Origin: an uncultured Bacteroidales bacterium
GTDB lineage: Bacteria > Bacteroidota > Bacteroidia > Bacteroidales > UBA1402
Assembly: GCA_942493385.1 (NCBI GenBank)
Contig: OW818699.1
Span: forward strand, 658,507-722,506
DNA: 64,000 nucleotides
Direction of reading: 5' to 3'
The position numbers and the translations under genes are program-made. This document shows, piece after piece, positions 1 to 9,817 of the stretch. The notes under the pieces were generated by a model. The model had not been told where the DNA came from, searched no databases, and was given only the letters and a program-made list of their open reading frames with translations. Position 1 is the first letter of the stretch; every line of letters starts with the position of its first letter.

Positions 1-870
1 AAGGGTCTCCAGAAGGAATTCGGCGACAAGCGCGTTTTCAACGGACCAATAGCCGAAGACTACATCATCGGTACTGCCAATGGAATGAGCCGCTTTGACA
101 AAAAAATACGCATCGTTATTGAGGGTGCAGAGTTTGCCGATTATTTCTGGCCTGGCATTGAGCAGTTCATTGAATGTACTCACGATTACTGGCGCAGCAA
201 CGGGCAATACGTTCCAAATCTGACGGTGCGTCTTGCTTCTGGTGGCTATATTGGTGGTGGTTTGTACCATTCACAAAATCTCGAAGGAGCCTTAACAACA
301 CTTCCTGGTGTTCGCATCGTTTATCCTTCTTTTGCTGATGATGCAGCAGGTTTGTTGCGCACCAGCATGCGTTCCAAAGGCTTTACCATGTTTATGGAGC
401 CCAAGGCACTTTACAATGCGGTCGAGGCTGCCACGCCAATTCCCGATGATTTTGAGGTGCCCTTCGGCAAAGCGCGCATTCGCCGCGAAGGCGATGAATT
501 AAGCATCATCACGTATGGAAATACGACCCATCTTTGTCTCAGAGCAGCCGAACGACTCCAAAAGGAATTGAATAGGAATGTTGAAGTCATCGACTTGCGT
601 TCACTGATTCCGCTCGATAAGGAAACCATCTTTGAATCGGTTAAGAAAACAAGTAAAGTACTTATCGTGCACGAAGACAAAGTCTTTTCTGGGTTTGGCG
701 CTGAATTGGCAGCCATGATTGGTACGGAAATGTTCCAATACTTGGATGCACCCATTCAACGAGTTGGATCACCGTTCACGCCCGTCGGTTTTCACACCAA
801 TCTCGAAAAAGCGATTCTTCCGAACGAAGAAGGCATCTATAAAGCGGCACTCGAATTATTGACATATTGA
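1..870 (+). CDS. 2-oxo acid dehydrogenase E1 component, beta/transketolase-like C-terminal part (5' end lies outside the window)
   Basis: Frame 1 is open from base 1 (KGLQKEFGDKRVFNGPIAEDYIIGTANG) and runs into the 85..870 ORF. The PIAE motif and the C-terminal region resemble E1 beta subunits. Confidence 0.8.
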   Translation, partial: KGLQKEFGDKRVFNGPIAEDYIIGTANGMSRFDKKIRIVIEGAEFADYFWPGIEQFIECTHDYWRSNGQYVPNLTVRLASGGYIGGGLYHSQNLEGALTTLPGVRIVYPSFADDAAGLLRTSMRSKGFTMFMEPKALYNAVEAATPIPDDFEVPFGKARIRREGDELSIITYGNTTHLCLRAAERLQKELNRNVEVIDLRSLIPLDKETIFESVKKTSKVLIVHEDKVFSGFGAELAAMIGTEMFQYLDAPIQRVGSPFTPVGFHTNLEKAILPNEEGIYKAALELLTY

Positions 871-878
871 ATAAAAAG

Positions 879-1385
879 ATGAAAAAAATAGGATTATTTT
901 GCGGCACAAGTACGCATAAAACAGCCGCTGTGGCTAAAAAAATTCAAGAAGCTTTCGGAGAAGAAATGGTTGAACTCGTTTCGGTTGAAGACGCTTGGCA
1001 AAAAGAATTCGAATCGTACGACTTCATAATTGCTGGTGCTGCAACCTGGTTTGACGGCGAGTTGCCGACTTATTGGGATGAAATCATACCCAAACTGCTT
1101 ACCTTGAATCTGAAGGACAAGAAAGTTGCTATTTTCGGTTTGGGAGATCAGGTCAAATACCCCGACAACTTCGTGGACGGTATCGGTATCTTGGCAGAAG
1201 CCTTCATCACCACCGGTGCTACAATCGTCGGATTGACTTCCACCGAGGGTTACCAATTCAACAAATCTCAGGCAGCAATTGGCGGTAATTTTGCCGGTTT
1301 GGCCTTGGATATTGAGAACCAGCGGGACAAGTCGGATCAGCGTATACTGGATTGGGTGGAGGCACTAAAAAGAGAATTTGTATAA
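879..1385 (+). CDS. fldA: long-chain flavodoxin
   Basis: MKKIGLFCGTSTHKT phosphate-loop-like N-terminus and a GLGDQ..YPDNF motif. ATG 879 is preferred over the TTG at 867, which overlaps the upstream stop. Confidence 0.8.
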   Translation: MKKIGLFCGTSTHKTAAVAKKIQEAFGEEMVELVSVEDAWQKEFESYDFIIAGAATWFDGELPTYWDEIIPKLLTLNLKDKKVAIFGLGDQVKYPDNFVDGIGILAEAFITTGATIVGLTSTEGYQFNKSQAAIGGNFAGLALDIENQRDKSDQRILDWVEALKREFV

Positions 1386-1389
1386 AAGG

Positions 1390-2061
1390 TTATTTCGTGG
1401 CATTTTGAATGGCAGCTGCTTTCTTGGCTTTTGCGGCTTCAGAATACGCTTTATATAATGCTCTCCAATTGCGACCGTTTCCATTGAGGTACTGTTCATT
1501 CTTGGTTTTGTAAATATCAAAAATGGCTGATATCTGATTCATGCTTTTGTAGTCCACTGCGATTTCTCTGGCTTTTTTCAAATTGACGAGTATGACTTTT
1601 TCCTCCTCGGCAGTCAGATCGGTAACTATCGATTTGTAACCGTTCAAAGTAAAGGCGACCTTTCCAACAGTATACTTGTCGAGTATCAATTCCACTTGTT
1701 CTTCGGTTAGTTCCTTTCTCAAACCATCCATCAAATTCTGATGAACGGATGCAGGTTGGGACGAATCGATGATCATCTGACGATCCAAGGTGCTTAATTT
1801 ATCACCCGTACGGGGATTCATACCCTCAGGTACCAACGTATACGAATGCGTGTTGTGCCAATCGGTAATGGCCTTGAGGTGTGTGAACACAATCAGTTGA
1901 ACCCGTTGTTCTTTATCGGCGTCACTTAAATTCAGAGAAGAAACCCATTCCGTCACTTTCTTCTTCAAGGTCAGATTGGTCGAATCTGTGTTCGTAGTCT
2001 GACTTTGAATAGATGTGATTGTAAAGGTCATAAAAAGAAAAGCAACAAGTAATTTTTTCAT
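1390..2061 (-). CDS. signal-peptide protein of unknown function, helical and Lys/Glu-rich (possibly DUF3826-like)
   Basis: N-terminal MKKLLVAFLFMTFTITSIQSQ signal-like segment. The start overlaps the stop of the upstream radical SAM gene by 4 nt (ATGA at 2058-2061). Confidence 0.6.
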   Translation of the reverse strand: MKKLLVAFLFMTFTITSIQSQTTNTDSTNLTLKKKVTEWVSSLNLSDADKEQRVQLIVFTHLKAITDWHNTHSYTLVPEGMNPRTGDKLSTLDRQMIIDSSQPASVHQNLMDGLRKELTEEQVELILDKYTVGKVAFTLNGYKSIVTDLTAEEEKVILVNLKKAREIAVDYKSMNQISAIFDIYKTKNEQYLNGNGRNWRALYKAYSEAAKAKKAAAIQNATK

Positions 2062-3713
2062 ACGATTGGAGAATTAAATTTTGGATATCGGGTTAAGGAA
2101 CAAGCAGGCTGGTCTCCGTATTTGCTAAGCATAAAAAGAGCTTTTCCATAGAGGTGAATTCCAGCCAAAAGAGGAATTACTATCGGTGAAGCCAACAGGC
2201 TTACTGCAAATTGAAGCGGGAATGTCCTTGCAAAAAGAGTCGTGGTTTCTTTCCAACTTTTAGCGAAAACCTTTCCACGAATCAGGAAACGGGATGAAAA
2301 GGCCAATATGCAAACAGGGAAGATCATTTTGCGGTATTGGGAAGCCCTTTTAGCTAGAATCGGGTTGGTTTCATGCCTTAGATTCAGATACCCATTCAGC
2401 AGGTTGACGAACATTCTAAACGGCCATGGGCCACCCGTTTTAACTAGTTCGGAATAGGTGTCCGCCACAATCTCAAGCGCTTCTGAATGTGGAAAACTTC
2501 TGGATTCAAAGTTGAAATCGACAATACCGTCGGTCTCAAATTGGTAGTTTTCAGGAATTCTGTTCGACTTTTTCATTTGTTCCCAGAGAGCAGTTCCTGG
2601 AATAACGTGCAGTGGAATGGACTGATAAAAGGTCGGATTCAGCGCAATAAATCGAGTGGAATCGGCCTGAGCCATTGCTTTGCTTTGGTTGTCCCAACCG
2701 ACAATCAACGAGCCCAACGTATTGATGCCGTTGTCATGCAACCGCTTGAACAACAATTCGATGTCACTTTTGCGTTTGACCAGACCCTCGTTTGCGAGTA
2801 CTTCATCACTGAGGGATTCCACTCCGATAAAAATGGTGCCGATGCCGCAAGCGATTAATTCTTCGGTGGTGAAGTTGTTTACCGAACGGGCAGAAGCGAA
2901 GATGGTCAGTAGGAACGTGCGTTCCGCCAATGGGGATTCACTGAACAGTTTGATGAATTCCAGCACTTTGGGTCGATTGATCAGAAAATCTTCTTCGTAG
3001 ATGACTGCCGACTTTACCCCTGGATGCCGATTACTTTGTTTAACAAGGTTGTCAACCAAATCCTTGCTTCCAAATAAGGGGATGTATCGTTTGTTGAACA
3101 GGCTGGAAGTGGCACAAAAGGAACATCCGTACACACAGCCAAGTCCTCCGACCACGATGAATTGATTGAACAAATTAATTCGTGTCCTGAAAAGACTGTT
3201 GGTGGTTGGCAGCAAGTCCTGTGTCAGCGGTTTATTGTTTTCGATGCCCCATTTTTTGTAAATAAGATCGTTCATGAATTCCATGCCTTCGCCGTAACAA
3301 ATGTGGTGGACAAGGCTTTTCAATCGAACGGAAACATCGTATTCTTCCGTGAAAATGGCTGTTCCATAACCGCCTACCACGATTTCAACGGAAGGATGTT
3401 CTTCTCTGATCCATTCTGCCATTTCAAGTACCTTTCCAGACAGAAGAATCGTAAAACCAATGGCCACGATATCGTAATGACCCTTTCTGACTTCCTTTTT
3501 AAATCTGCTTTCTGAAGGGTTTTCGAGAACGACCGAATCCACCGCCACGTTTTGAGCCAAAAAATGCAGTGAATGCCAACTTTGGTAGGACCGTAGCTGA
3601 AAAACACCTTGCTTGAGGGTATTCCGATAGTAAAAATAATCGATTGGATCTTTTTCGACCGGTAGTTTCCTGTATTTACCCCAAGGGGAAGTAAATAAAA
3701 TTTTTGGTCTCAT
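2058..3713 (-). CDS. B12-binding domain radical SAM enzyme with hydrophobic C-terminal tail
   Basis: Rossmann-like N-terminal region (DIVAIGFT...VVGGYGTA), then a CxxxCxxC motif (GCVYGCSFCATSS). The last ~95 aa contain long hydrophobic stretches (FPVCILAFSSRFLI, LQFAVSLLASPIVIPLLAGIHLY). Confidence 0.8.
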   Translation of the reverse strand: MRPKILFTSPWGKYRKLPVEKDPIDYFYYRNTLKQGVFQLRSYQSWHSLHFLAQNVAVDSVVLENPSESRFKKEVRKGHYDIVAIGFTILLSGKVLEMAEWIREEHPSVEIVVGGYGTAIFTEEYDVSVRLKSLVHHICYGEGMEFMNDLIYKKWGIENNKPLTQDLLPTTNSLFRTRINLFNQFIVVGGLGCVYGCSFCATSSLFNKRYIPLFGSKDLVDNLVKQSNRHPGVKSAVIYEEDFLINRPKVLEFIKLFSESPLAERTFLLTIFASARSVNNFTTEELIACGIGTIFIGVESLSDEVLANEGLVKRKSDIELLFKRLHDNGINTLGSLIVGWDNQSKAMAQADSTRFIALNPTFYQSIPLHVIPGTALWEQMKKSNRIPENYQFETDGIVDFNFESRSFPHSEALEIVADTYSELVKTGGPWPFRMFVNLLNGYLNLRHETNPILAKRASQYRKMIFPVCILAFSSRFLIRGKVFAKSWKETTTLFARTFPLQFAVSLLASPIVIPLLAGIHLYGKALFMLSKYGDQPACSLTRYPKFNSPIV

Positions 3714-3719
3714 TTTTTT

Positions 3720-5018
3720 TTAAGTGCTGGTCGTTCTTATAATATGATTGAACCGAACATAGATCATGAAGTTCATTAGGTTTTTCATGTTGGTGTTTGG
3801 CTCGAATAGGCGCGAAGCAATGGAGGGGATTCCGTAAAATTCCTTGTTGGCTTTCATGGTAGCTTCACTTAATTGTTCTGGGGTCATGTTTTTTGGGATG
3901 AACGTTGCCATGTTGTAGCGGTAATCGGGATGATTCCACCATTCACCATTAAACAACAGCCGGTTTTCCGCTTTGAACTGATCGTACACTTTCGTTCCTG
4001 GATAGGGCATCAGTATGTGAAAGTAGGACAGGGCGAATTTGTTCTTGATGGCAAACTCCATCGTCTTTTCCAGGCTTTCCAAGGTGTCAAAATCGTTGCC
4101 CATGATAAAGCTGGCCCAAGTCATAAAACCATAATCGCGCAGAATTTCAATTGCTTCCGCGTAATTGTTGAAATCGCGAACGTTGGGCGATTTGTTGAAC
4201 CAATCCAACGAATTGATGTTGATGGACTCGAAGCCAATCAGGTTGCCAACACAGCCGCTGTCTGCCATCAATTGCAACAATTCCTTGTCTTTCACCATGT
4301 TGATGCTCGTTTGACTGGCCCATTTTACCTTCATGGGCGCTAGTTCCTTCAAGAATGTTTTAAGTTCCTTTTTGTCGGTGACCATGTTGTCGTCCACAAA
4401 CAAAATGGTTTTCAACTTGTTTTCGTCAATTTCCTTTAATACCTCTTCCCAAGGACGACAGTGGTAGGCTTTGTTGAAAAAACGTGAAACGGAGCAGAAG
4501 GTGCAATTGAAGGCACAACCTCTGCTGAATTGTACCAAGGAGATGGGTAAATATTTTTTCCCTTTGAAAATGCTTCGATCCGGGCTGCAATTTTCCTGAG
4601 GAATACCGAATGTACCTTGATAGACCTTTTGCAAGCTTGAGTTTTGGAGGTCTGTCATCAATTTCGCCCACACTGGCTCAGCATCTCCGATAACGATGGC
4701 ATCCGCATAGTTCTGGGCCTCATCGGGGAGTAACGAAACGTGCATTCCACCGAGTATGACTTTTACGTTTCGTTTACGGTATTCATCAGCAATCTGATAC
4801 GCTCTGCGTGCATTGAAGGTATCGACGGTGATGCATACCAAGTCGGTGTGACGTTCATACGGAATGATTTCCAGTCGGTCGTCGTACATGACTTTAGTAT
4901 CCGGGTCTTTTATCAAGCCAGCCAGAATGGCTAACGGCATGGGTTCCATACTTCCGTCATTCAGGCGGAATTCCTTATTGGCCTCACCCAAACTGGGTTT
5001 TATCAGTGTTATATGCAT
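3720..5018 (-). CDS. B12-binding domain radical SAM enzyme
   Basis: N-terminal B12-like region (LVCITVDT...VILGGMHVS) and CxxxCxxC (RGCAFNCTFCSV). The C-terminal region resembles the DUF4070-type extension. Confidence 0.85.
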   Translation of the reverse strand: MHITLIKPSLGEANKEFRLNDGSMEPMPLAILAGLIKDPDTKVMYDDRLEIIPYERHTDLVCITVDTFNARRAYQIADEYRKRNVKVILGGMHVSLLPDEAQNYADAIVIGDAEPVWAKLMTDLQNSSLQKVYQGTFGIPQENCSPDRSIFKGKKYLPISLVQFSRGCAFNCTFCSVSRFFNKAYHCRPWEEVLKEIDENKLKTILFVDDNMVTDKKELKTFLKELAPMKVKWASQTSINMVKDKELLQLMADSGCVGNLIGFESININSLDWFNKSPNVRDFNNYAEAIEILRDYGFMTWASFIMGNDFDTLESLEKTMEFAIKNKFALSYFHILMPYPGTKVYDQFKAENRLLFNGEWWNHPDYRYNMATFIPKNMTPEQLSEATMKANKEFYGIPSIASRLFEPNTNMKNLMNFMIYVRFNHIIRTTST

Positions 5019-5042
5019 AATGACAAGGCTTTAAGTGAATAA

Positions 5043-6365
5043 TTAGAAAATATTCGGCGTGATTTTTTTCTTGACATACGAACGGTAGTGAAAATTCACC
5101 CCCAGGGAAAAGAGCCACATCTCGGGATTCTTCCAAAGTTGTCGATTGAAAATGACCCGATGGAAGATGCTTTTGAGTGAAAAGACTTTGTTGTTGAGCC
5201 ACCAATACATTTCGGTGAGCTTGTCCGGATCAATCTTTTTCGGGATGTGCACGCAGCGAGTTCCGTCAAACAAGCGAAGGTCGTCGGTGAGCATTCGGCC
5301 TTGACTTTTCAACTCTTCATGCAAAGCAGTGCCGGGGATTGGTGTGAGGATGTAAAACCGAGGGATGGGCACCCTGTTCCGATAGATAAAGTCGTAGGTG
5401 TCCCGAATGGATTGCTCAGTGTCGTAATCCGTGCCTACAATCATTTCGGTACTGACTACGATGCCAGACTGTGTGAGAATCTTCATGTTCTCCTCATGTT
5501 CATCGGCTCGGAGCCAGGTTTTGTCGAGGCTGTCAATAGCGTCTTGTTGAATGCTTTCCACACCGAAACTCATGATGTCACAGCCGGAATCCCTCACTAT
5601 TTTAAGTAATTCGGCGTTTTTGGCAAGATGGATGGCGCACTGGCTGGCCCATTTCATTTTGAGGGGTGTGATTTTCGCGCAAAGTTCCCGCAGGTATTTC
5701 GGATTGGAAACGATGTTGTCGTCAATCAAGTAAAAGCGGTTGTAACCGAGTCTCTTTACTTCCTTGATGTCGCGTATGACCTCATCAACTGGACGAAAAA
5801 TGTATTTCCCTTCGTACAGACAAGCAATGGAACAGAACGAGCAAGTGAAGGTACACCCGCGGCCTGCCTGGACTGGCAACATCAAGCCAATTTTCTTGGA
5901 GGTGAGCAATTCGTACCGAGGTATCGGAAGGTTCTTTAGTTCCGATACCGGATTTTTGTACATGGGTTTGACCTTCCCGGTTGTTTCAAAATCATGCAAC
6001 AACATGGGGTAAGATATTTCTGCATCCCCTACAACGACAGAATCCACATGCTTCATGGCTTCTTCAAACTGGATGGAAGCCATATAACCACCCATAATGA
6101 CTATTTTACCCCGTTTTTTGAACTCCGCTGCAATCTCTAGTCCACGAAAAGTGGCATGCCCCATGGTCCCGATGGCTATGATATCGGCATCGGAGTTGTA
6201 GTCAATCTCGTCAACCACCTCAATGAGCAATTCCACGGTCCAATTCGATGGGGTATACGCCGCCAACAAGGGGAAGGCAAGACCGGGAAGGTTGATTCTT
6301 TTTTGCTTGCAAAGCTTGCCGCTCACAGCATATTGCGTTGGTTGTATGAATAGGATCTTAGGCAT
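5043..6365 (-). CDS. B12-binding domain radical SAM enzyme
   Basis: IIAIGTMG...VIMGGYMAS followed by GRGCTFTCSFCSI. Start chosen at MPKILFIQP (ATG 6365), which overlaps the upstream stop by 8 nt (ATGCCTAA). The ORF-track start 6425 is an in-gene extension. Confidence 0.85.
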   Translation of the reverse strand: MPKILFIQPTQYAVSGKLCKQKRINLPGLAFPLLAAYTPSNWTVELLIEVVDEIDYNSDADIIAIGTMGHATFRGLEIAAEFKKRGKIVIMGGYMASIQFEEAMKHVDSVVVGDAEISYPMLLHDFETTGKVKPMYKNPVSELKNLPIPRYELLTSKKIGLMLPVQAGRGCTFTCSFCSIACLYEGKYIFRPVDEVIRDIKEVKRLGYNRFYLIDDNIVSNPKYLRELCAKITPLKMKWASQCAIHLAKNAELLKIVRDSGCDIMSFGVESIQQDAIDSLDKTWLRADEHEENMKILTQSGIVVSTEMIVGTDYDTEQSIRDTYDFIYRNRVPIPRFYILTPIPGTALHEELKSQGRMLTDDLRLFDGTRCVHIPKKIDPDKLTEMYWWLNNKVFSLKSIFHRVIFNRQLWKNPEMWLFSLGVNFHYRSYVKKKITPNIF

Positions 6366-7728
6366 GTTTTCTGGCTTCTTTGATTTTTTTCTTGTACTGT
6401 TTTGCAACGCGTCCCCCGCCGGCAATCATTTTCCAAAGCAAGGTCGGTCGATAAGTGGTCAAATAACGCCACATCACTTTTGGTTGGTAAAGGATGGCAC
6501 TGTAGGCCTTGAGTATCTCCTGATAAAATTCAGGCACCGTCATTTTTTCCGGCTGAACGCTGATGTGAGCCAAATCCCATTTCTCATAGTCCTTTCTGGA
6601 AATGAGAAGCTGATCTTCGGGGTAGCTCACTTCGGTTTTTGGTAGGGGTGTCAACGGTTGAAGGTTCACATATTGGATGCCCAAAGATTTGACCACCGTC
6701 ACCATGTTCTTGAAATCGGATCGATCCCATTCGGGAGGGATGATGATGGTGGCGAAAACATCGATGTTGTCGCGTTTCAATACGGCCATGGTTTCAGCAT
6801 ACATGGCTACGGAGGTGTTTTTGTTGTACTTGGCCAATTCTTTGTCCGAGAAACTCTCGAAACCGACAATGACGGTTTTGAGTCCGATTTCGGCCATTTG
6901 GTGTATGATTTCGGGATTTCCTGCGATGAAATCGGCCCGTCCGTAAACCAAATAATGTTTGTGGATGTTCCGCCTTTTCACCTCATCGATAAACGATTGC
7001 AGGTATTTCCGATCAGCCAGAAAGTCGTCGTCCACGATGTAGATCTCTGTTTCGTGAATCCCCTCCAGCTCCTCCATGACTTCAGCAATAGGCCGCTGAT
7101 AATAAGCGCCATGGGTGATGACCCTGCAAAAACAAAAGGAACATTGATAGGGGCAGCCAAAGGAGGCTTTGAGCAATGCCACTTTCTCATGAAAGATGTA
7201 GAAATACTCCGAACGGTAATTGGAGACGGAGCTTCGATCGGGAATGGGTACCCGAAAATCGAAGGCAGGAAGGCTATACGTTTCCAACGTGTCTTCGCGT
7301 TTAAAAATTCCTTTAGGTAATTCTCGGCCGAACTCAATATGGTTGAGCAAATCGGTAAAGGTCACCGAAGCGTTGCGAACAACCCTGAAATCGATCGATT
7401 CGTCCTCGAAATCTTCTGGACAGACTTCGCAATGTACGCCACCGACAATGGTTTTGACGGAGGGAAGTATTTGTTTCGCTTTCTGACAATAATCGACCAT
7501 GATGCCCACGTTGGTAATGTATCCGGTCAGGCAAAGGACGTCCGGTTGATGTTTTTTTAGAAACCATTCGAAGGACTTTTTTTCCAGAATCAGATCGATG
7601 ATAATCGCGGAGTCCGAATCGCGTTTCAAGGTATATAGGATTTCCAGCTCCAGAGGTTCTACAATCATCACATGCTGCAAACCAATGGTTTCGGGAGAAG
7701 GTTTGGGTCGTACCAGAAGTATTTTCAT
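6358..7728 (-). CDS. B12-binding domain radical SAM enzyme
   Basis: MKILLVRPKP...CLTGYIT...IVGGVHCEV followed by SFGCPYQCSFCFC. There is a 4-nt start/stop overlap with the upstream gene. Confidence 0.85.
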   Translation of the reverse strand: MKILLVRPKPSPETIGLQHVMIVEPLELEILYTLKRDSDSAIIIDLILEKKSFEWFLKKHQPDVLCLTGYITNVGIMVDYCQKAKQILPSVKTIVGGVHCEVCPEDFEDESIDFRVVRNASVTFTDLLNHIEFGRELPKGIFKREDTLETYSLPAFDFRVPIPDRSSVSNYRSEYFYIFHEKVALLKASFGCPYQCSFCFCRVITHGAYYQRPIAEVMEELEGIHETEIYIVDDDFLADRKYLQSFIDEVKRRNIHKHYLVYGRADFIAGNPEIIHQMAEIGLKTVIVGFESFSDKELAKYNKNTSVAMYAETMAVLKRDNIDVFATIIIPPEWDRSDFKNMVTVVKSLGIQYVNLQPLTPLPKTEVSYPEDQLLISRKDYEKWDLAHISVQPEKMTVPEFYQEILKAYSAILYQPKVMWRYLTTYRPTLLWKMIAGGGRVAKQYKKKIKEARKHA

Positions 7729-8729
7729 GGGTTTGGTTTAAAGGCATTCGTGTTCTCAAGGTTGCGTTTGTAGGCCAGCAAAGGACTGGCAAAAATAAGC
7801 AATCGATTAAAGAAACGGTTGCTGTGGTGTGCTTGCATGTACAAGGTTTCGGGCAAACCGCCCATTCTCATTTTGGCGATTTCAGCCGTTTGGCCGAGTT
7901 CAATAATTTTAGCGTGTTTATCGATACCATCTCGAACCAATTGAGCGAGTAAACGAAGGTAGGTGTTGTTGGTTTTGTTCTGCTTGTAATTGATTCCTCC
8001 AAGAAAAAAGTAGTACGTTTCCTGATGCTCGAGTGCCAGGTTCCAACCAATCAACGCTTCATTCTTGTAACAAGCGGTCAGGATGAATTCCTCCGGCAGG
8101 TTTCTGAAGAAGTCAAAACTGAGTTTTTCCAGTTTGCCGTCACTTCGTTGGTATACTTCCAAATATTGATCGTATAGGAGTGTCGTGAAGCTGGAGCAGG
8201 TCATCTTGGCCAGTCGTAGGGTTGGATCCGCTGCGTTTACTTGTTTGAGTCGCCGACGATAGCCAGTGCGCAATGCGTTTTCATAACTTTTCCAATCGGC
8301 AAACTTGTTGGAAAGAACGATGGTCGGCAAGGTGCATCCTGTTGCATGCTCCTGGTTTGCAGGCTTTTCTGTCAAATTCAAAAAGACCAGCAGCCCTTTC
8401 TCTTTTTCGATGAGGTGCTTTTTCAAGGCTTCAATCGATTCGCGTTCTCCAAAAATGCCGGAACTGGAAACGGAGCAGGGTATGCCTACCAAGTGCATTT
8501 TCAAGGGGCTTTTGATTCGGAGGTAGGTGAGCAGGTCGAGTCGTAGGGTGTAAACAATGGCGGCAGAAGTGACCATTCCTTCTTTTAAGCATACGTAATA
8601 GCGCTGATCACACGGATTATAGCGTTCAGCATGTATCAAAAATTTCCGTTGTTGAAAATAGTGTTCCGCCAGGTTGTCCCAAGATTCTGGAAGGGCGGCG
8701 GCGCTTTCTATTTGAAGGAAGGTCGTCAT
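7725..8729 (-). CDS. FemAB-like / Acetyltransf_6-type GNAT superfamily protein
   Basis: The C-terminal half (YYFFLGGINYKQNKTNNTYLRLLAQLV...IIELGQT) resembles FemAB/BioF2-like acyltransferases. Judged by eye only. Confidence 0.55.
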   Translation of the reverse strand: MTTFLQIESAAALPESWDNLAEHYFQQRKFLIHAERYNPCDQRYYVCLKEGMVTSAAIVYTLRLDLLTYLRIKSPLKMHLVGIPCSVSSSGIFGERESIEALKKHLIEKEKGLLVFLNLTEKPANQEHATGCTLPTIVLSNKFADWKSYENALRTGYRRRLKQVNAADPTLRLAKMTCSSFTTLLYDQYLEVYQRSDGKLEKLSFDFFRNLPEEFILTACYKNEALIGWNLALEHQETYYFFLGGINYKQNKTNNTYLRLLAQLVRDGIDKHAKIIELGQTAEIAKMRMGGLPETLYMQAHHSNRFFNRLLIFASPLLAYKRNLENTNAFKPNP

Positions 8730-9817
8730 TTGAGTTGGGTTTCAAACGTTGCGTACTGTCTGTAAACCTCTGGATAACTCCCATAACTTCGTTTCAGAAG
8801 TCGATTGACAAAAGCCATGGATGCCAGGTTCTCTTCAAAAATGAAACCGCCTTCGCAGTATTCATAGCCATTGGAACGGACTGCCGGAAGTGCTTTGCTT
8901 AGCATGGCCAATGCTACGGAACTTCCTTGATATTCAGGAATGATGCCGATTTCTGTGAATCGATAGGCATTCGGTGTTTTGCCGAGTCGGTATCGAATCA
9001 CATCGAAGAGATTCAAATCACGCGAACCGGATACCAGTTGGTTGAAGTCGGCATACCATAGGAAAAAGCCCACAGGTTTGCCGTGAACCTCTGCAAATAT
9101 CAGGTTTTCATTATCCAGAAGGAATCGGAACGGGTAAAACAGATCCTGATCTTCTTCCGAATCACGTTTTGCCCAATAAGGGTGTTTCAAAAACGACTGG
9201 TTATTCAACTGAGTGTAAATGGCACTTTCCTCCTTGATCCGTTTCTTGTCCATGAAACGGACTGTCAAGCCATCGATGGGTCTGTTTGAAGCATAGGATC
9301 CAGCCCAAGCGGCATATACGTCCATTCGTAAACGAAACGTGAACATTTTACGGCATTCCAATTGACTGAAATAACCTGAGTAGTATTCCGGATTGTAAGG
9401 AAGTCCAAATACCGGAGGTTCGTCGAAGCGGTTCAGCAGGATGCCGGCACCATAGTTCAAGTGTCCGTTAAGGCCGACAACGACTTTGTTGCATTCGGGA
9501 AAATGGATTCGGATTTCTTTTTCGATGTATGCATAGAGGTCGCCAAGATTCGGCTGAGCTTCAAAAAAAGAAACCTGCACGTATTCTGCCAACCAAAAGT
9601 CGTGTATGAGTGCAAATCGGGCTACCAGGTCGTTTCCATCGCGAACGACGAACTTCAGAATTTTGGAGTGTTTGTTGAAAGCGCTTTCACCCTTCAGAAG
9701 CAAATGCTCCACACTGGTTTCTGTTCCTCGGAAATACGGATTTCCACGGTAAACATCGGCTTTGACTTTTTCAAAGGTTTTGTAGGCCGACTGTCCTTCC
9801 AACAATTCTGTCGTCAT
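8726..9817 (-). CDS. GNAT-like N-acyltransferase, double-domain type
   Basis: The C-terminal region IGIIPEYQGSSVALAMLSKAL...GGFIFEENLASMAFVNRL resembles GNAT motif A. There are 4-nt overlaps with both neighbouring genes. Confidence 0.5.
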   Translation of the reverse strand: MTTELLEGQSAYKTFEKVKADVYRGNPYFRGTETSVEHLLLKGESAFNKHSKILKFVVRDGNDLVARFALIHDFWLAEYVQVSFFEAQPNLGDLYAYIEKEIRIHFPECNKVVVGLNGHLNYGAGILLNRFDEPPVFGLPYNPEYYSGYFSQLECRKMFTFRLRMDVYAAWAGSYASNRPIDGLTVRFMDKKRIKEESAIYTQLNNQSFLKHPYWAKRDSEEDQDLFYPFRFLLDNENLIFAEVHGKPVGFFLWYADFNQLVSGSRDLNLFDVIRYRLGKTPNAYRFTEIGIIPEYQGSSVALAMLSKALPAVRSNGYEYCEGGFIFEENLASMAFVNRLLKRSYGSYPEVYRQYATFETQLK

